From the human T2T-CHM13v2.0 reference genome, Homo sapiens: 64,000 nt of DNA. The position numbers were made by a program, and so were the translations under genes. Shown here in pieces: positions 1 through 10,819 of this stretch. The DNA is taken from the NCBI RefSeq assembly GCF_009914755.1, contig NC_060939.1; one strand, given 5' to 3'. Under the pieces are notes generated by a model. That model saw nothing but the letters and a program-made list of their open reading frames with translations, made no database searches and was not told the origin of the DNA. Within the stretch, counting starts at the first letter, position 1. Each line of letters starts with the position of its first letter.

Positions 1-516
1 TTTGGCAATGATGCCCAAGATCGTGCCTGGTACTTATTGTGGAAGGGGGATGGGGCCAGGTCGTGGGAGAGGGAGGTGGTGCACCCCTCTCTGCCATCAC
101 TTCACCAGCGTGCAGTCATCACAGCCTGTCCTTGGCTTCATCCTTCCCCCGAGCCACACCTGTTAGCAATCTGCACTGGCGTGTGCAGTGCCTGTGCACG
201 ACAGCCTGGCTGTAGAAATCCCGGGGGAGTTATTTTTGTCGCTTACATACATACCTTGTGTGCAGTCAGACGGGGGTGGTGTTTATGTCTCAGCTCCCTT
301 TTGCAAAAAGAAAAAAAATTACAGTGGAGCTAGAAATGTGTACATTTTGAACAGCCGCCCTCATGCACTGTGTATATAACTCTGCTGCATGAAATTTAAA
401 CATAAACTCGAGTTTTCTGAGATTGGATGGAGGAAAATTTGGCCATTGGCATCACGATTATTTTTCTGCACCAACTGCCAAAATCAGGCATTAAAATACA
501 ACACTTCCACCCCCAG

Positions 517-540
517 AAAAAAAAAAAAAAGAAAAAAAAA
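517..540 (+). repeat. poly(A) tract
   Basis: A14-G-A9 run with no adjacent retroelement body recognisable. Confidence 0.9.
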
Positions 541-1409
541 CCACATTCACATCTATACAACCTAATTTTCTCTGGGGACAAGGTAGCTGTTGTTGATATG
601 ACATGTTTTTGTAGCACAAATGTTGGCTCTTCAGCCCATTTTGCTCTTTTATATACACTCAAATGTGAAACATCTGAGAGAACACACACCATCAGTTCAG
701 AGCATTCTCCCCTAGCCTTGCTGTGAGCTGAGAATCTGTACCAGACTCCAAGACAAACTCTCCAGGAGCTGAGACTGTAAGGTTTGATTAACTGGCACAG
801 AGGGAAAAGGGTGTCAGGCTGCTTTCAGGGTCTAAGGGTGGGTGATCTTGGCATTATTATAGAAGATGGTGGTACAAGTGGGGTGGAGAAAGGGGAGGTA
901 AAGGGGATGTGTCCCTACTATGGCCACTGGAGAAATAAACAAAGCTAAGGCAAAGTCCATTGGGATTCAGAATGATCTTATGTGTGTGCTAAAAAGGGAG
1001 ATGATGATGGAGACACATGCAGGCTTTGGACACAGATGGACCCGAGTTTGAATTCTGACCTAGGAAAGCTTCTTCCTGAAGAGGCTGCCCACTCCCTGAG
1101 CAGTGCAGGCTACTTCCTCCCGGGTGCCTGTTGGAGGTGCTGCACCAGCAGCCCAGACTTGAGTGTGAGTGGTCCCCTATGGTGGTCTTCATGGTTTGTT
1201 CCTTGTATGGTCAGCAGCCATTTTGGATTCTTCCTGCCTTCCTAAAAGGCAGCAAAGGCCCTTCCCTCACCAGCAGCCCCGATTTCCACCTCTGATACTC
1301 ACATCACAATCAGGTCTTCAATGGGAGGGTAAAAAAGTTGAAGACTGTGATTCTCTTAGCTCGCCAACTTTTATAATACATATTTCTAAAGTTTGGAAAC
1401 TCTCTTAAT

Positions 1410-1715
1410 TCTTTATTTTTTTACTGCTATAACAAAATATCTGAGACTGAGTAATGTATAAGAAACAGAAATTTATTTTCTTACAGTTCCAAAGGCTGAA
1501 AGTCCAGGATCAAGCCCTGGCATGTTCAGTTGTCTGATGAGGGCCGCTCTCTGCTTCCAAGATGATGCCTTGTTGCTGTGTCCTCCAAAGGGGACAAATG
1601 CTGTGTCCTCACCTCTTCTTGTATGACAGAAGGGAAGAACTCCCTCAGTCAAACCCTTCTATAAGAGCACTAATCCTATTCACAAGGGCCCCACCCTCAT
1701 GACTTATTCACCTCC
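1410..1715 (-). mobile_element. MaLR LTR fragment (MLT1A/MSTC-D-like)
   Basis: actgctataacaaaatatctgagactgagtaa...aaatttattttcttacagttcc...ctctgcttccaagatg...taatcctattcacaagggccccaccctcatgac is the reverse complement of the MaLR LTR U3/R/U5 pattern. Confidence 0.8.
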
Positions 1716-2033
1716 ATCGCCAGTGTTTTTGTATATTTCCTTTGAGGACTTGGAGAATTTTTTTGTTTTGTTTTGTTTCAGAAATATCCTTCTGCAAGGA
1801 CAGCAGGGGCTACGCTAGGAGTGATGCAAATGCACCAAAGGGAGAAGCAGAGGAAAAGCCTGGACAAGGATCCAACAGACTTGGAACAGAGAGGAAGGGA
1901 GAGCTGAGTCCAGGCTACCTCCTTCCAGTCATCCAATTGCTGGAGGAAGAGAGGTCAAGAGGGAAAGACAGAAAGCTTCTTAGAGTGTCAAAGCAAGAGT
2001 CAAGGTTGCAGGTTGTGGAAAAAACGGGTTGGT

Positions 2034-2064
2034 GGGGTCTTGGGAGGGATTGGGAGGGTGGGGG
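2034..2064 (+). other. G-quadruplex-forming motif
   Basis: six G-tracts (G4,G3,G3,G3,G3,G5) with 1-4 nt loops. Confidence 0.6.
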
Positions 2065-2520
2065 AGGTAGATGTGAAACAGGGCTCTCAGGAGGTGACGT
2101 TCCCTGCCCTGGGTAGGCCTGAACCGGGCAGATGGCTTGGAGTGCGGGACCCTGCTAACCAACAGTCTGAAAACAAATGGCACAGGAAGCCCGCTGCCGG
2201 TGAGCCCAGTACCTACTCACCCTGTCCTCTCTCATCTCATCACACGGCACCTCCCTCTCTATCTGCAGCTCATGCTCACTGAGCAACCTAGTCACCCAGG
2301 CAGGCCACCTGATGTTTTCCATGCTACCTCTGTGATTGTCCAGAGTGGCATTAACCCACTGAGGAATCTGTCAGGCCTTCAGCACAAGGTTCTTGACTAT
2401 TGTGTGACCCTGGAAAGAAGACTCACCAAGGCTTGGCAAGGTTTGGTTTGAGGAATATCAAGGATCCCTTCCTGCCAAAGGCCATCATGCCTGTACTGCC
2501 ACCATTCAAGCACTTTAAGA

Positions 2521-2650
2521 GGCAGTATGATGCTCTGAGCACTGGGAGGGGAGTCAGGACCCCTGGGTCCTGGTCCAGGATCTGTTCTTCTGAATTAGGA
2601 CTTGGAGAAGTCATTTCACACTCTGAGTTCACATTTTTCATTTGGTTAAT
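2521..2650 (+). mobile_element. MIR SINE fragment
   Basis: ggagtcaggacccctgggtcctggtcc...ttggagaagtcatttcacactctgagttcacatttttcat matches MIR 5' and core. Confidence 0.65.
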
Positions 2651-2989
2651 TTAAAAAAAGAAAAGATTGGTTGGAGGCAAAACAGACAAAGCAAAGACTT
2701 GCTCCAGGAGTGAAAGGCCTAGAGTCAGTTGTACACACTACGAATGGGCCAAGTCCCTTAGGGTAAGCACTGCTCACGCCCCCTCCTCTTAGGATTTTTT
2801 GAGCCATTAGAAGTTGCCATTCTAAGACCTGAGTGTGGATGAGTGTATTAGCCCCTATCTGGGGAGCCAAGGAGCCTAGGGAAGGGAGTTGGGTGCTCAG
2901 AACCAGGCTGAACCCAAGATCAAAAAAAGGAGATGGGAAAAATAGGGGTAGGGGTGCCTCAGCCTCACTGGAGGAGCTGACCCAGCCCC

Positions 2990-3200
2990 GGGGCTTTGCA
3001 CTGGACAGAGTTTGCTTCCATGTCCCATTTGACCCTAACAACAATTCTGTAAGTTATTGTTATTGTTATCCCCATTTTATCCATGAAGCCCTTCCAAGGC
3101 TCAGAGAGGTAAAGTGGCTTACCCAAGTTCACACAGCTGGAGGAGCCAAGTCTCAAAGCCAGTTACACTTGACTCCAAAGTCCAGGCTCCTTCCAGATCT
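2990..3200 (-). mobile_element. MIR SINE
   Basis: atccccatttta...aggctcagagaggtaaagtggcttacccaagttcacacagct...tgactccaaagtccaggctc, the MIR core in antisense. Confidence 0.8.
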
Positions 3201-3659
3201 CTGCACTGTGCAAGCCCAGGGGTGAAATGGGGCTCTTGGGGTGGGCACAGGCCCCCACTCTCCCCATCCTCTCTTGTGTCAGCAGCATGGTGAGCCCAAC
3301 ACTCTCACTAGGAGACAAAATTCATCTGAACTTGCCTCCCATGGAAGGGCTTTGTGGAAATCTCTGGATAGAGGAGACATTTTCCCTTAGTGGGGGCAAG
3401 AGAGGGAACTGGTGGCTGCTTTCAGAGGGCTGAGAAAGCCACATTGTGGGCTGATGAGAGGCAGTGCTGGTGACCCTAGGAGATGGCAAGGCAGGTCCAG
3501 AGGGAAAGGCTGAAGTTCGGTGTTGGAATGCCAGTGCCTGCCTCTTACCACCCAACCCTTCTCACCTCCTCCACCCAGGCCCCCTCCTCCACTGGCTCCC
3601 ACACATTCTTCAACACCTCTTTAAAAATTAAGGGTGCAGTTGGGGTGGGGGCAGCTTCT

Positions 3660-4160
3660 GAAACAGATAAGAGGTAATTGCCTGCCTTTGACTCCTCTTG
3701 ATGTGAAAATGGGATTGGAATGACTCACTCTAGTTGAAAGGTTAGTTGAAGGTTATTACAGGAAAATTGTTATTCATACATTTTTTCTGTGCGGCCGGAT
3801 AGCCTAAAAGATTAAATTCACAGAGTGCATAATGACCCATCAGTGCGGACAATGGTAGGGGCGTCCCCGGGGAGGGGAGATAACCGAACAGAGACTTCTC
3901 TGAATAATTCATGCTCCAGTGCAGTGGCACTAACAGATTACATGAGGGTTTTCATTAGAAAGGAGAGGAGAGAAAGGCGCTTTGAAAACAGCCGGTGTGT
4001 TTCTCAGCATCGCAGGCAGCTCTGGCCCAGTTCGCTGTGGCTTCAATTAACGCCTGTCCCTACATCTTGGCGGCCCTGGGAGGGGGAGCAAGTGGGATAA
4101 GAGAGCTTCGTTGTTCATCCCGCAAGACGGGCGGGTGACAGACGTCCCACTCCTAAGTGA
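3660..4160. promoter_or_regulatory. candidate enhancer (repeat-free, CpG-retaining, motif-rich)
   Basis: AGATAA 3665, AP-1 TGACTCA 3721, SOX-like ACAATGG ~3849, TGAATAATTCATG 3901, several TAAT/ATTA, locally elevated CpG. Confidence 0.4.
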
Positions 4161-4519
4161 GTCTGGGCTACCCGGCCTCATTCTAAGCCTTGAAGCTCTC
4201 AAAGGGTGGGCAGGCCTGGAGAAGAAGCTGAGCAGCCTGTGGGGCTCTGGATTTATTTAAAAAATAAAGACGTGGTTATAGAAAATTTGGGTTTATTGAG
4301 AGTGTGAGAGAGGTGTCTTCTTCCTGTCCCATTGATCACGTCCCAATTGGTGCCTTTTCTGATCTTCCCAGAGGATGCAAGGGTCGCCCACCCACCAATC
4401 ATTTGTGATCAACACTTGTCAGAGGGGGAAGGGTCTCTCGGTTGCAGATGGGCAGAAAGGGAGCTGTGGATGCAAACAGGGCTCAGAAGGTTCAAGACAC
4501 CAGCTTGGGCCTCTAGAGG

Positions 4520-4693
4520 ATTAGGATTTAAACCTCAGTCCTGTGAGCTTGGGCAACTGGTGTCTCTGTTCCCCCATCTGTGAAATGGGATGAAATAACT
4601 GCACTTACTCCAAAGAGCTGTTGGGAGATTACAGTGCTTGGAAAAGGCTAAGTGCAGTGCCTGGCACCTGGCAAATAGGAACTCAGTGCATGT
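4520..4693 (+). mobile_element. MIR SINE
   Basis: tgtgagcttgggcaac...tctgttcccccatctgtgaaatgggatgaaataac...agtgcctggcac. Confidence 0.75.
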
Positions 4694-5574
4694 GGAGCAC
4701 TTCTTCCCGGCAGATCTTCTGGATTGACTGGTTACATTGGTCTCTTTGCCTGAATATGACAATCACATATTTGTTCCTTCACTCACTCATCCATCCATCC
4801 ACTCAGTCATCCCTCCTTTCCTGAGAGGCCCACTCTATGCCTACCCTCAGCTGGGCACTGGTTCCAGAGAACTCACTCTCATGTGGACCCATCCTCCCAG
4901 AGCTCCCAGCATGAGGGAGATACAGACATGTGTGCCAGCTTCAGGGTCTCCCTCCTTGACCTAGAAAATCCAGCATGGCAGAAGAGAGACCGTAAAAGGT
5001 AAAGAGAATCCTGCAAAGATTGCCTTGGGAGCTCACGTGGCTTGAAACAAAATGAGATATAGAATCTTGGGCAAAACATTGAGAGCTCAGTGCGAGCATG
5101 AGTTGGCACAATATTCCAGTGGGCAGTGATCCAGGTCATCTTTTCTCAGATAAGGTCATGGAAACCCATGGAACAAGGGGGACTTGCTCAAGGTCCCACA
5201 ATTAATAAACCACCAAGACTCAATCCCAGGTCTCCTGCCCCCTCCCCACCTTCGAGTTTTTCCCTTCTGCTATATTCTCCAACTCCAACTTTGTCTAAAG
5301 GTGCTACATTTTGGTAATGTTTTACTTAAGACTTTGAAAAAGATTGTCCTTTCCATTTAAATAGTAGTTCATCGCTCACTTTCAGTTTATTGAAGCTTAT
5401 CTTAAGTGGGCACAGTGTCTCAGTTCCTATCGGTGGATCATATGTCATCACACCCAGTTGGTACTCAAGATAAACAGCTGTTGTTTTCTTAAGCCCTAAT
5501 TAAATCCTAAATCAAGCAATTAATTTATCCCCTAATGCTTATGATTCGAGTATATGGATTCAGATCATCCTTTT

Positions 5575-5715
5575 CTTCTCCTTCCCTCCCTTCCTTCCAC
5601 ATCTATGTAATGAGCAGCTACCTTGTGCTGGCCACTGTGCTGCCACATTTAGGGACCCAGGAATGACCACAGTTCTCACCTGGAACAGCCATATTCATCG
5701 GGTAGAGAAGAAGGT
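5575..5715 (-). mobile_element. L2 3' fragment
   Basis: tgagcagctaccttgtgctggccactgtgct, L2 tail in antisense. Confidence 0.5.
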
Positions 5716-5779
5716 CAGGTCAGAAGCATTTCCCCTTTACAATGAGTGCACATGTTGGGAATGCACAGACCTGCACAAA

Positions 5780-5915
5780 ATCCCAGCACTCCCCTTGCCA
5801 GCCAAGTGTCCTCAGCCACGCTGCAGCTTCTCTGAGCCTCAGCCCCCTCTCCTTCAGGGAGTGGGCTATGCTATCTCCCTCTCAAGGCTGCCATGGGGCA
5901 TGAAGTGGGAAAATA
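5780..5915 (+). mobile_element. MIR SINE fragment
   Basis: aaatcccagcact...cttctctgagcctcag...ctatctccctctcaaggctgccatggggcatgaagtgggaaaat. Confidence 0.6.
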
Positions 5916-6009
5916 TCTAGAGGCTCTCAGCTTTCTAAGAAACTAGTGGTGATGTCATCTGATGTGATGTTTCAAGGGGTCAGTGTGGGAGAAGCCACTC
6001 TGCATTGGA

Positions 6010-6250
6010 GAAGCTGCAAGGGTTTCATGAGGACTGGGTATTGAAGCTGTATCTAGAACTACAGTGGGATTCAGACAATGTGGGGCTCAAGGTGGGAGGG
6101 TGCCCCAGGCAGAGGGACCAGCAGGAGAAAAGGAAGGAGGAAGGATGGGTGCAGAGCATGTGAGAGAACAGTAGGGTGTCAATTTTACTGGAGCGTGGGA
6201 TTCTGGAGAGTGAAGACTGCAAAGAGGCTGGGTCCTAGAGCAGGTCACCA
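6010..6250 (-). mobile_element. L2 fragment
   Basis: purine-rich gggtttcatgaggactgggtattgaagctg...ccaggcagagggaccagca...ctggagcgtggg typical of antisense L2. Confidence 0.55.
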
Positions 6251-6262
6251 AGTTTGAGTCAG

Positions 6263-6287
6263 AACAAACAAACAAACAAACAAAAAA
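6263..6287 (+). repeat. (AAAC)n microsatellite
   Basis: aacaaacaaacaaacaaacaaaaaa. Confidence 0.9.
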
Positions 6288-6289
6288 GA

Positions 6290-7720
6290 ATGTTGGATAT
6301 GGATGGTAAAACCCATTCTGATGAGGTGTCAGGTGGAACTGAGGAACAAGATGTTAGAAACTAAAGACCATTCTTGTTACACACTTGCCAAGAACTCGGC
6401 TGAATTGTGTCCATGCCCAAGGACTTTATAGAAGGTAATATTTAAGAGTGATGAGCTAGGATATCTGGTGAAAGAAATTTCTAAGAAAAATATTGAAGAA
6501 GCTATGTGCCTACTTTCACCTGCATATAGTAAGATACAAGAAGAAATAAATAGCAAGATGATATTTGTAATTTAAAAGAAGTGGAATGGAAATAGTTTGA
6601 AATTTTTAGCCTGGCCATGTAAAAAATAAAAAAGCATTTTAGAGAGAGCAAATCAAGGGTATGGCCAAGTGACCTTTGCTAAGGAGATTAATATGAATAG
6701 AAGGGATCCTCAAGACAATGGGAGAATGACCCTCAAAACATTTTAGAGATCTTCAAGGCTGACCTTCTTATCACAGGCCCAGAGCTCTAGGAGGGCAGAA
6801 TGGTTTCAGGGAACTGCCCAGGGCACCCTCCAAGGTTTTGCTGCCACCTCGGGACTCTGACGTTCTGGTGCAGCACCCCTTCAGCTACCCCAGTCACAGA
6901 TTAAGTGAACCCAGATGTGGCCCAACTCACTCCTCTGCAAGGTACAAGCCATAAACCTTTGTGGCATCCACATGGTGCTGACTCTGCAGGCTTGCATAAT
7001 GCAAAAGCTGTGGGGGCATGGCTACCTCCACCTAGATTTCAAAGGATATCTCAGACAGCCTGGGGGTCTAGGCAGAGACGTGTCACAGGGGTAACACTGC
7101 AGAGGAGATTCTTTCACCACAGAGAGTCCCCTACTAGGGCAATACCTAGTATAGCTGGGGGAGTGGAGCTACTCCTGAGACCTCAGAACTGGAAAGCTAC
7201 CAGTGTGCAAAGCCAGCCTGGGAAACCTGCAGGCACAAAACGCTAACCTGAGAGCTGAAGCATGGGCTAAGCCTAGTAAAACCACGAGAGCAAGGCTACC
7301 TAAAAAAACCTTGGGGCCCCAACCCCCTATCAGTGTGCCCAGGATCCAGGACATGAAATAAAAGATTATTCTCTAGCTTTAAGACTTACTGTTTTTCCTA
7401 TTGGGTTTTGGATGTAGTGGGGACTAGCTACCCCTTTCTTCTGGACTACTTATCCTTTTAGAAATGGGAATGTCTATCCTATCCCTGTACCACCATTGTA
7501 TTTTGGAAGCACATAACTTGTTCATTTCACAGCTGAAGAGAAATTTGCTTCAGGATGAACTGTGTCTTAAGCCTCACCTACCTCTGATTCAGATGAGACT
7601 GTCTCTAGATTTTGGACTTTTGAGTTGGGACTGGAACAAGTTAAGACACTAGGGGCTGTTGGAATCGAATGAATAGATGTAATTTGTATGTGAGTGAGTT
7701 TTGGGAAGGCAGGAGTGGAA
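6290..7720 (+). mobile_element. MaLR internal region (MST/MLT1A-int-like), 5' LTR missing
   Basis: ccattctgatgaggtgtcag...ggatatctggtgaaagaaatttctaag...ccattgtattttggaag...tggacttttgagtt; ends in polypurine tract ttgggaaggcaggagtggaa (7701-7720). Confidence 0.85.
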
Positions 7721-8106
7721 TGCTAAGGTTTGAGTGTCCCCTCCAAAATTCATGTCGAAATTTAACTGCCACTGTGACAGTATTAATGGGGGAGACTCTT
7801 AAGAGGCAATTATGCTATAAAGTCTCCGCCCTTGGGAATGTATTAATGTCATTATATCAGGAGTAGGTTAACTATCATGAAAGGAGATTGTTAGAAATGT
7901 GAGTTCAACCCTCTCTGTTTCTCACTCTTGGCCTTGCTTCCCCTTCCTCTGTTTACCATGGAATAACACAGCATGAAGGTCCTCACCAGATGCTGGAGCC
8001 TTGCTCTTAGACTTCCCAGCCTCCAGAATTATGAGACAAATAAATTTCTTTTGTTTATAATTTACCAGTGGCATTCTGTTATAGCAACACAAAATGAACT
8101 AAGACA
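7721..8106 (+). mobile_element. MaLR 3' LTR (MSTD-like)
   Basis: TG...CA ends (tgctaaggtttgagtgtcccctccaaaattcatg...aataaatttctt...gttatagcaacacaaaatgaactaagaca), directly after the PPT. Confidence 0.9.
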
Positions 8107-8324
8107 AACATTGGGATCAACGTGATGAGCTTGATGTAGCCTATTTTGGCAAGGATCTGTGTTGCAGACTGGCATGCACACTGTCACAACTTTGACTGAG
8201 GAGAGGCAGAAGGTCAAGATAGTCTAAAAGTAAGGTGCATTCTCCTGTGGAACTCCTAATGGTAGGGCAAGGATTCCCAGAACCCACTGAGCAATATGAG
8301 TACCTAGAAAAGGAAGAAAATATC

Positions 8325-9156
8325 TGTGGTTTCTGTCCACCCAGCATCTCCTGCCTCTCCTTCTGGCAGTAGCACCCCACTTCCTTTGGGAAAACAGCTC
8401 CTCCCCTAGTTGATATGTTACCCCTGGGGTAGCCATAAGTGTGCCAGCCTAAACACATCAAACTCTGACTCCTGCAGTTAAGCTTTCTCCAGATAACACA
8501 CCACAATTAGGACTACATCTTCCTGTTGTTAAATCTCCTCTAATATTTTCTTTGGTGAAAAAAAAAGTGATTCTCTTTGTATTGTAACTAAAAAAAGTCT
8601 TTCTGTACACATTGAACCTCTAACTGCCTCAACACATACACAAACATTTTGTTCAAAGTGACTTACCCTCTAGAGTAAGACACGCAGCAAATTAGGGGGT
8701 GTCATATAATCTGATCCATGAATCACCCCGCCCTCTAGCTTCTGTCATTACTTTTTGTGTTGAGGTGGTTGGACAAAGCATGGGTACCTGGTTTAAGCCA
8801 GACCAGTCAAAACCCTTATTCTGAATTTGCATGAGTCAGGAACCCTTCATGTGGTTGTACCTTCAACATGTGGCCTTGGTTGCTGGGGCTTGGAATTGTC
8901 CATAGCCATGTAGACTAGAGAGGCAGAGGGTCCAATTTGAGCAGCAAGGGGAAAACGAAGATTTTACCAGGGATGAGAGATGAAGGGAGAGACCAAATGG
9001 CTTCCTGTTCTGATCTGTTCTTGAAATCAGGAAGCTTGAGTTCCTTTAGATTCTGTTAGACATCCCTATGTCCTAAAAATAAATCTCCTCTTTCTCCATT
9101 TAAGCTAAATCCAGTTGGTTTCTGCCTCTTCAAAATGAAGACTTCTCTATAAAACA
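8325..9156 (+). mobile_element. old MLT1-type LTR in pieces, with about 250 bp of unrelated sequence in the middle
   Basis: 5' tgtggtttctgtccacccagcatc...agcaccccacttcctttggg and 3' aataaatctcctc...ttaagctaaatccagttggtttctg resemble late MLT1 LTR ends. Confidence 0.5.
8688..8747 (+). repeat. dispersed 60-bp direct repeat, copy A (partner 10760-10819)
   Basis: 51/60 ungapped identity to 10760-10819. Confidence 0.9.
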
Positions 9157-9384
9157 TTCAGGTTTTTGCTAAACTATAAAATGCTTCCTCCATCCTTCTC
9201 TTCCTTGTCCTCCTTTCCCCATTTCAATCAAATGTGTGATCTCTGACACATGTATATTACGCAGAATATCAAATATAGGTCAATGGATGTCACCATGGTA
9301 AAACAAGCAAAAGAAAAGCTCACACTTCTCAATGCTTGTTAGTAAAAGGATACAACAATGCATTCTTCCCCCCTGCTGGTGGGG

Positions 9385-9399
9385 GGGTCATGAAGGTCA
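9385..9399 (+). promoter_or_regulatory. perfect DR3 nuclear-receptor element (VDR/RXR type)
   Basis: GGGTCA-tga-AGGTCA fits RGKTCA-nnn-RGKTCA. Confidence 0.4.
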
Positions 9400-10229
9400 G
9401 CCCATGCTTTGGCGTGTGAACTTCTTGTTCCCACCAAATCAGTCAGCTGAAGTGGGAATGTTTTATTTAAGCAGACATGTGTCAGCCTCAGTTTGAAACA
9501 AAGACATTCTGCCAGCATCTACCGTCACAAAAGCAGGCTGTGTGAGACATCTTTGCTAAGGCAATGATTTTTCTCTATTGCCAGGCACCATTTTGGAAAG
9601 TTGCTATGGGAGGTTGGCCCGCACTTTAATGACGTCTGAGACACATTGAAGGCTAATGTTTTTGAAAAACAAAGCACTGGGAAGGTTTCAGTTGGGGCGG
9701 GGAGGTGGTGAAAATCAAATGACCCATTGAAGCTGAATTACCAGCCTCACAGAGCTTTTAGAAATACCATTCTGCCTCGGCCTGGGGCCACCACTCTCTC
9801 TCTTGCTCTTCCAATTAATTGTTGTGTTTTAACACTATCTCCAAAGATAATTGCCTGTCAGTGTATCAGTATGTAACACCTCGGGGTGAACAATGTTCTT
9901 GCACTCGTCTGTCAGCCCTAATAAACACAGGGCGGGGAGAACCCACCTACTTTCATGTGATCACCCAGAATCCAGATTCTCCTCAGCAAAGATGCTGCCT
10001 CCCTCCTCACCCACCCCTGGTTCTCACAGTGTGTGCGGTACAGGGTGTGCTGGGAGCCAAACACATATGCTCCATGGTAGAAGAGTTGCCTTATCACCAC
10101 CCCGAGTCTAAGGATGACTTCTTTTCCGTAGGCCTGTGTCTGTTAATTTATTGTTGAGGACGGCAGAATAGATATCAAAGAAGGGATTTCTTTTTTTGCC
10201 AAACTGTCCCATCACCTACTAAAAGAAAA

Positions 10230-10500
10230 GATATACACCATTAGCTTTTGTAATTACAGAGGTGGTAAAAGTAAAATATTTTCCAAATAAATCATGGTTG
10301 GAGGGGTTATTTTGTATTTTTAAAGCGAAATGGAAGAGTAATGGAATGCGAGGATTGAAGCTATTTAGTTAAAGCCTGCTGCATTAAATATTTCAATAGG
10401 GGAAAGAAAAAAATTCCCCATTTCAAATTAAATTGAACCCATTCGGTGAAAGTATGAGCATCATATGGAGTAAGTGTCAATTAAAGTGATAAGTAGTGGG
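10230..10500. promoter_or_regulatory. candidate homeodomain-rich enhancer
   Basis: palindrome TGTAATTACA 10249-10258, TGATTTAT (minus) 10287-10294, TGTCAATTAA 10475-10484; AT-rich and not repeat-like. Confidence 0.4.
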
Positions 10501-10759
10501 TCTGGCACCGAGTTCTGGATTGTTCTGATGTCTGCTTCCCCGGTGTGGCCATTCGGTGCTTTGGGGGAAATTGAAACTGATCCACCATGTGCGACCTGGG
10601 ATTCTTCTGAGAAACGGATTCTAGTTCAATATCTCTGAGTTAATTGGCATTTTATTCTCATTTAAATCTCTGTCACAACCTTTTATTTTATTTTATTTTT
10701 GTATTTCAGAAGAAACTACAATTCCAATATCTTCCCTGCAGCTTTCAGGAAGCTCAGAA

Positions 10760-10819
10760 CAAATTAGGTGGTGTCATATAATCTCACCCATGGATCTTAC
10801 AGCCCTCTGGCTTCTGTCA
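10760..10819 (+). repeat. dispersed 60-bp direct repeat, copy B (partner 8688-8747)
   Basis: 51/60 ungapped identity to 8688-8747. Confidence 0.9.
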
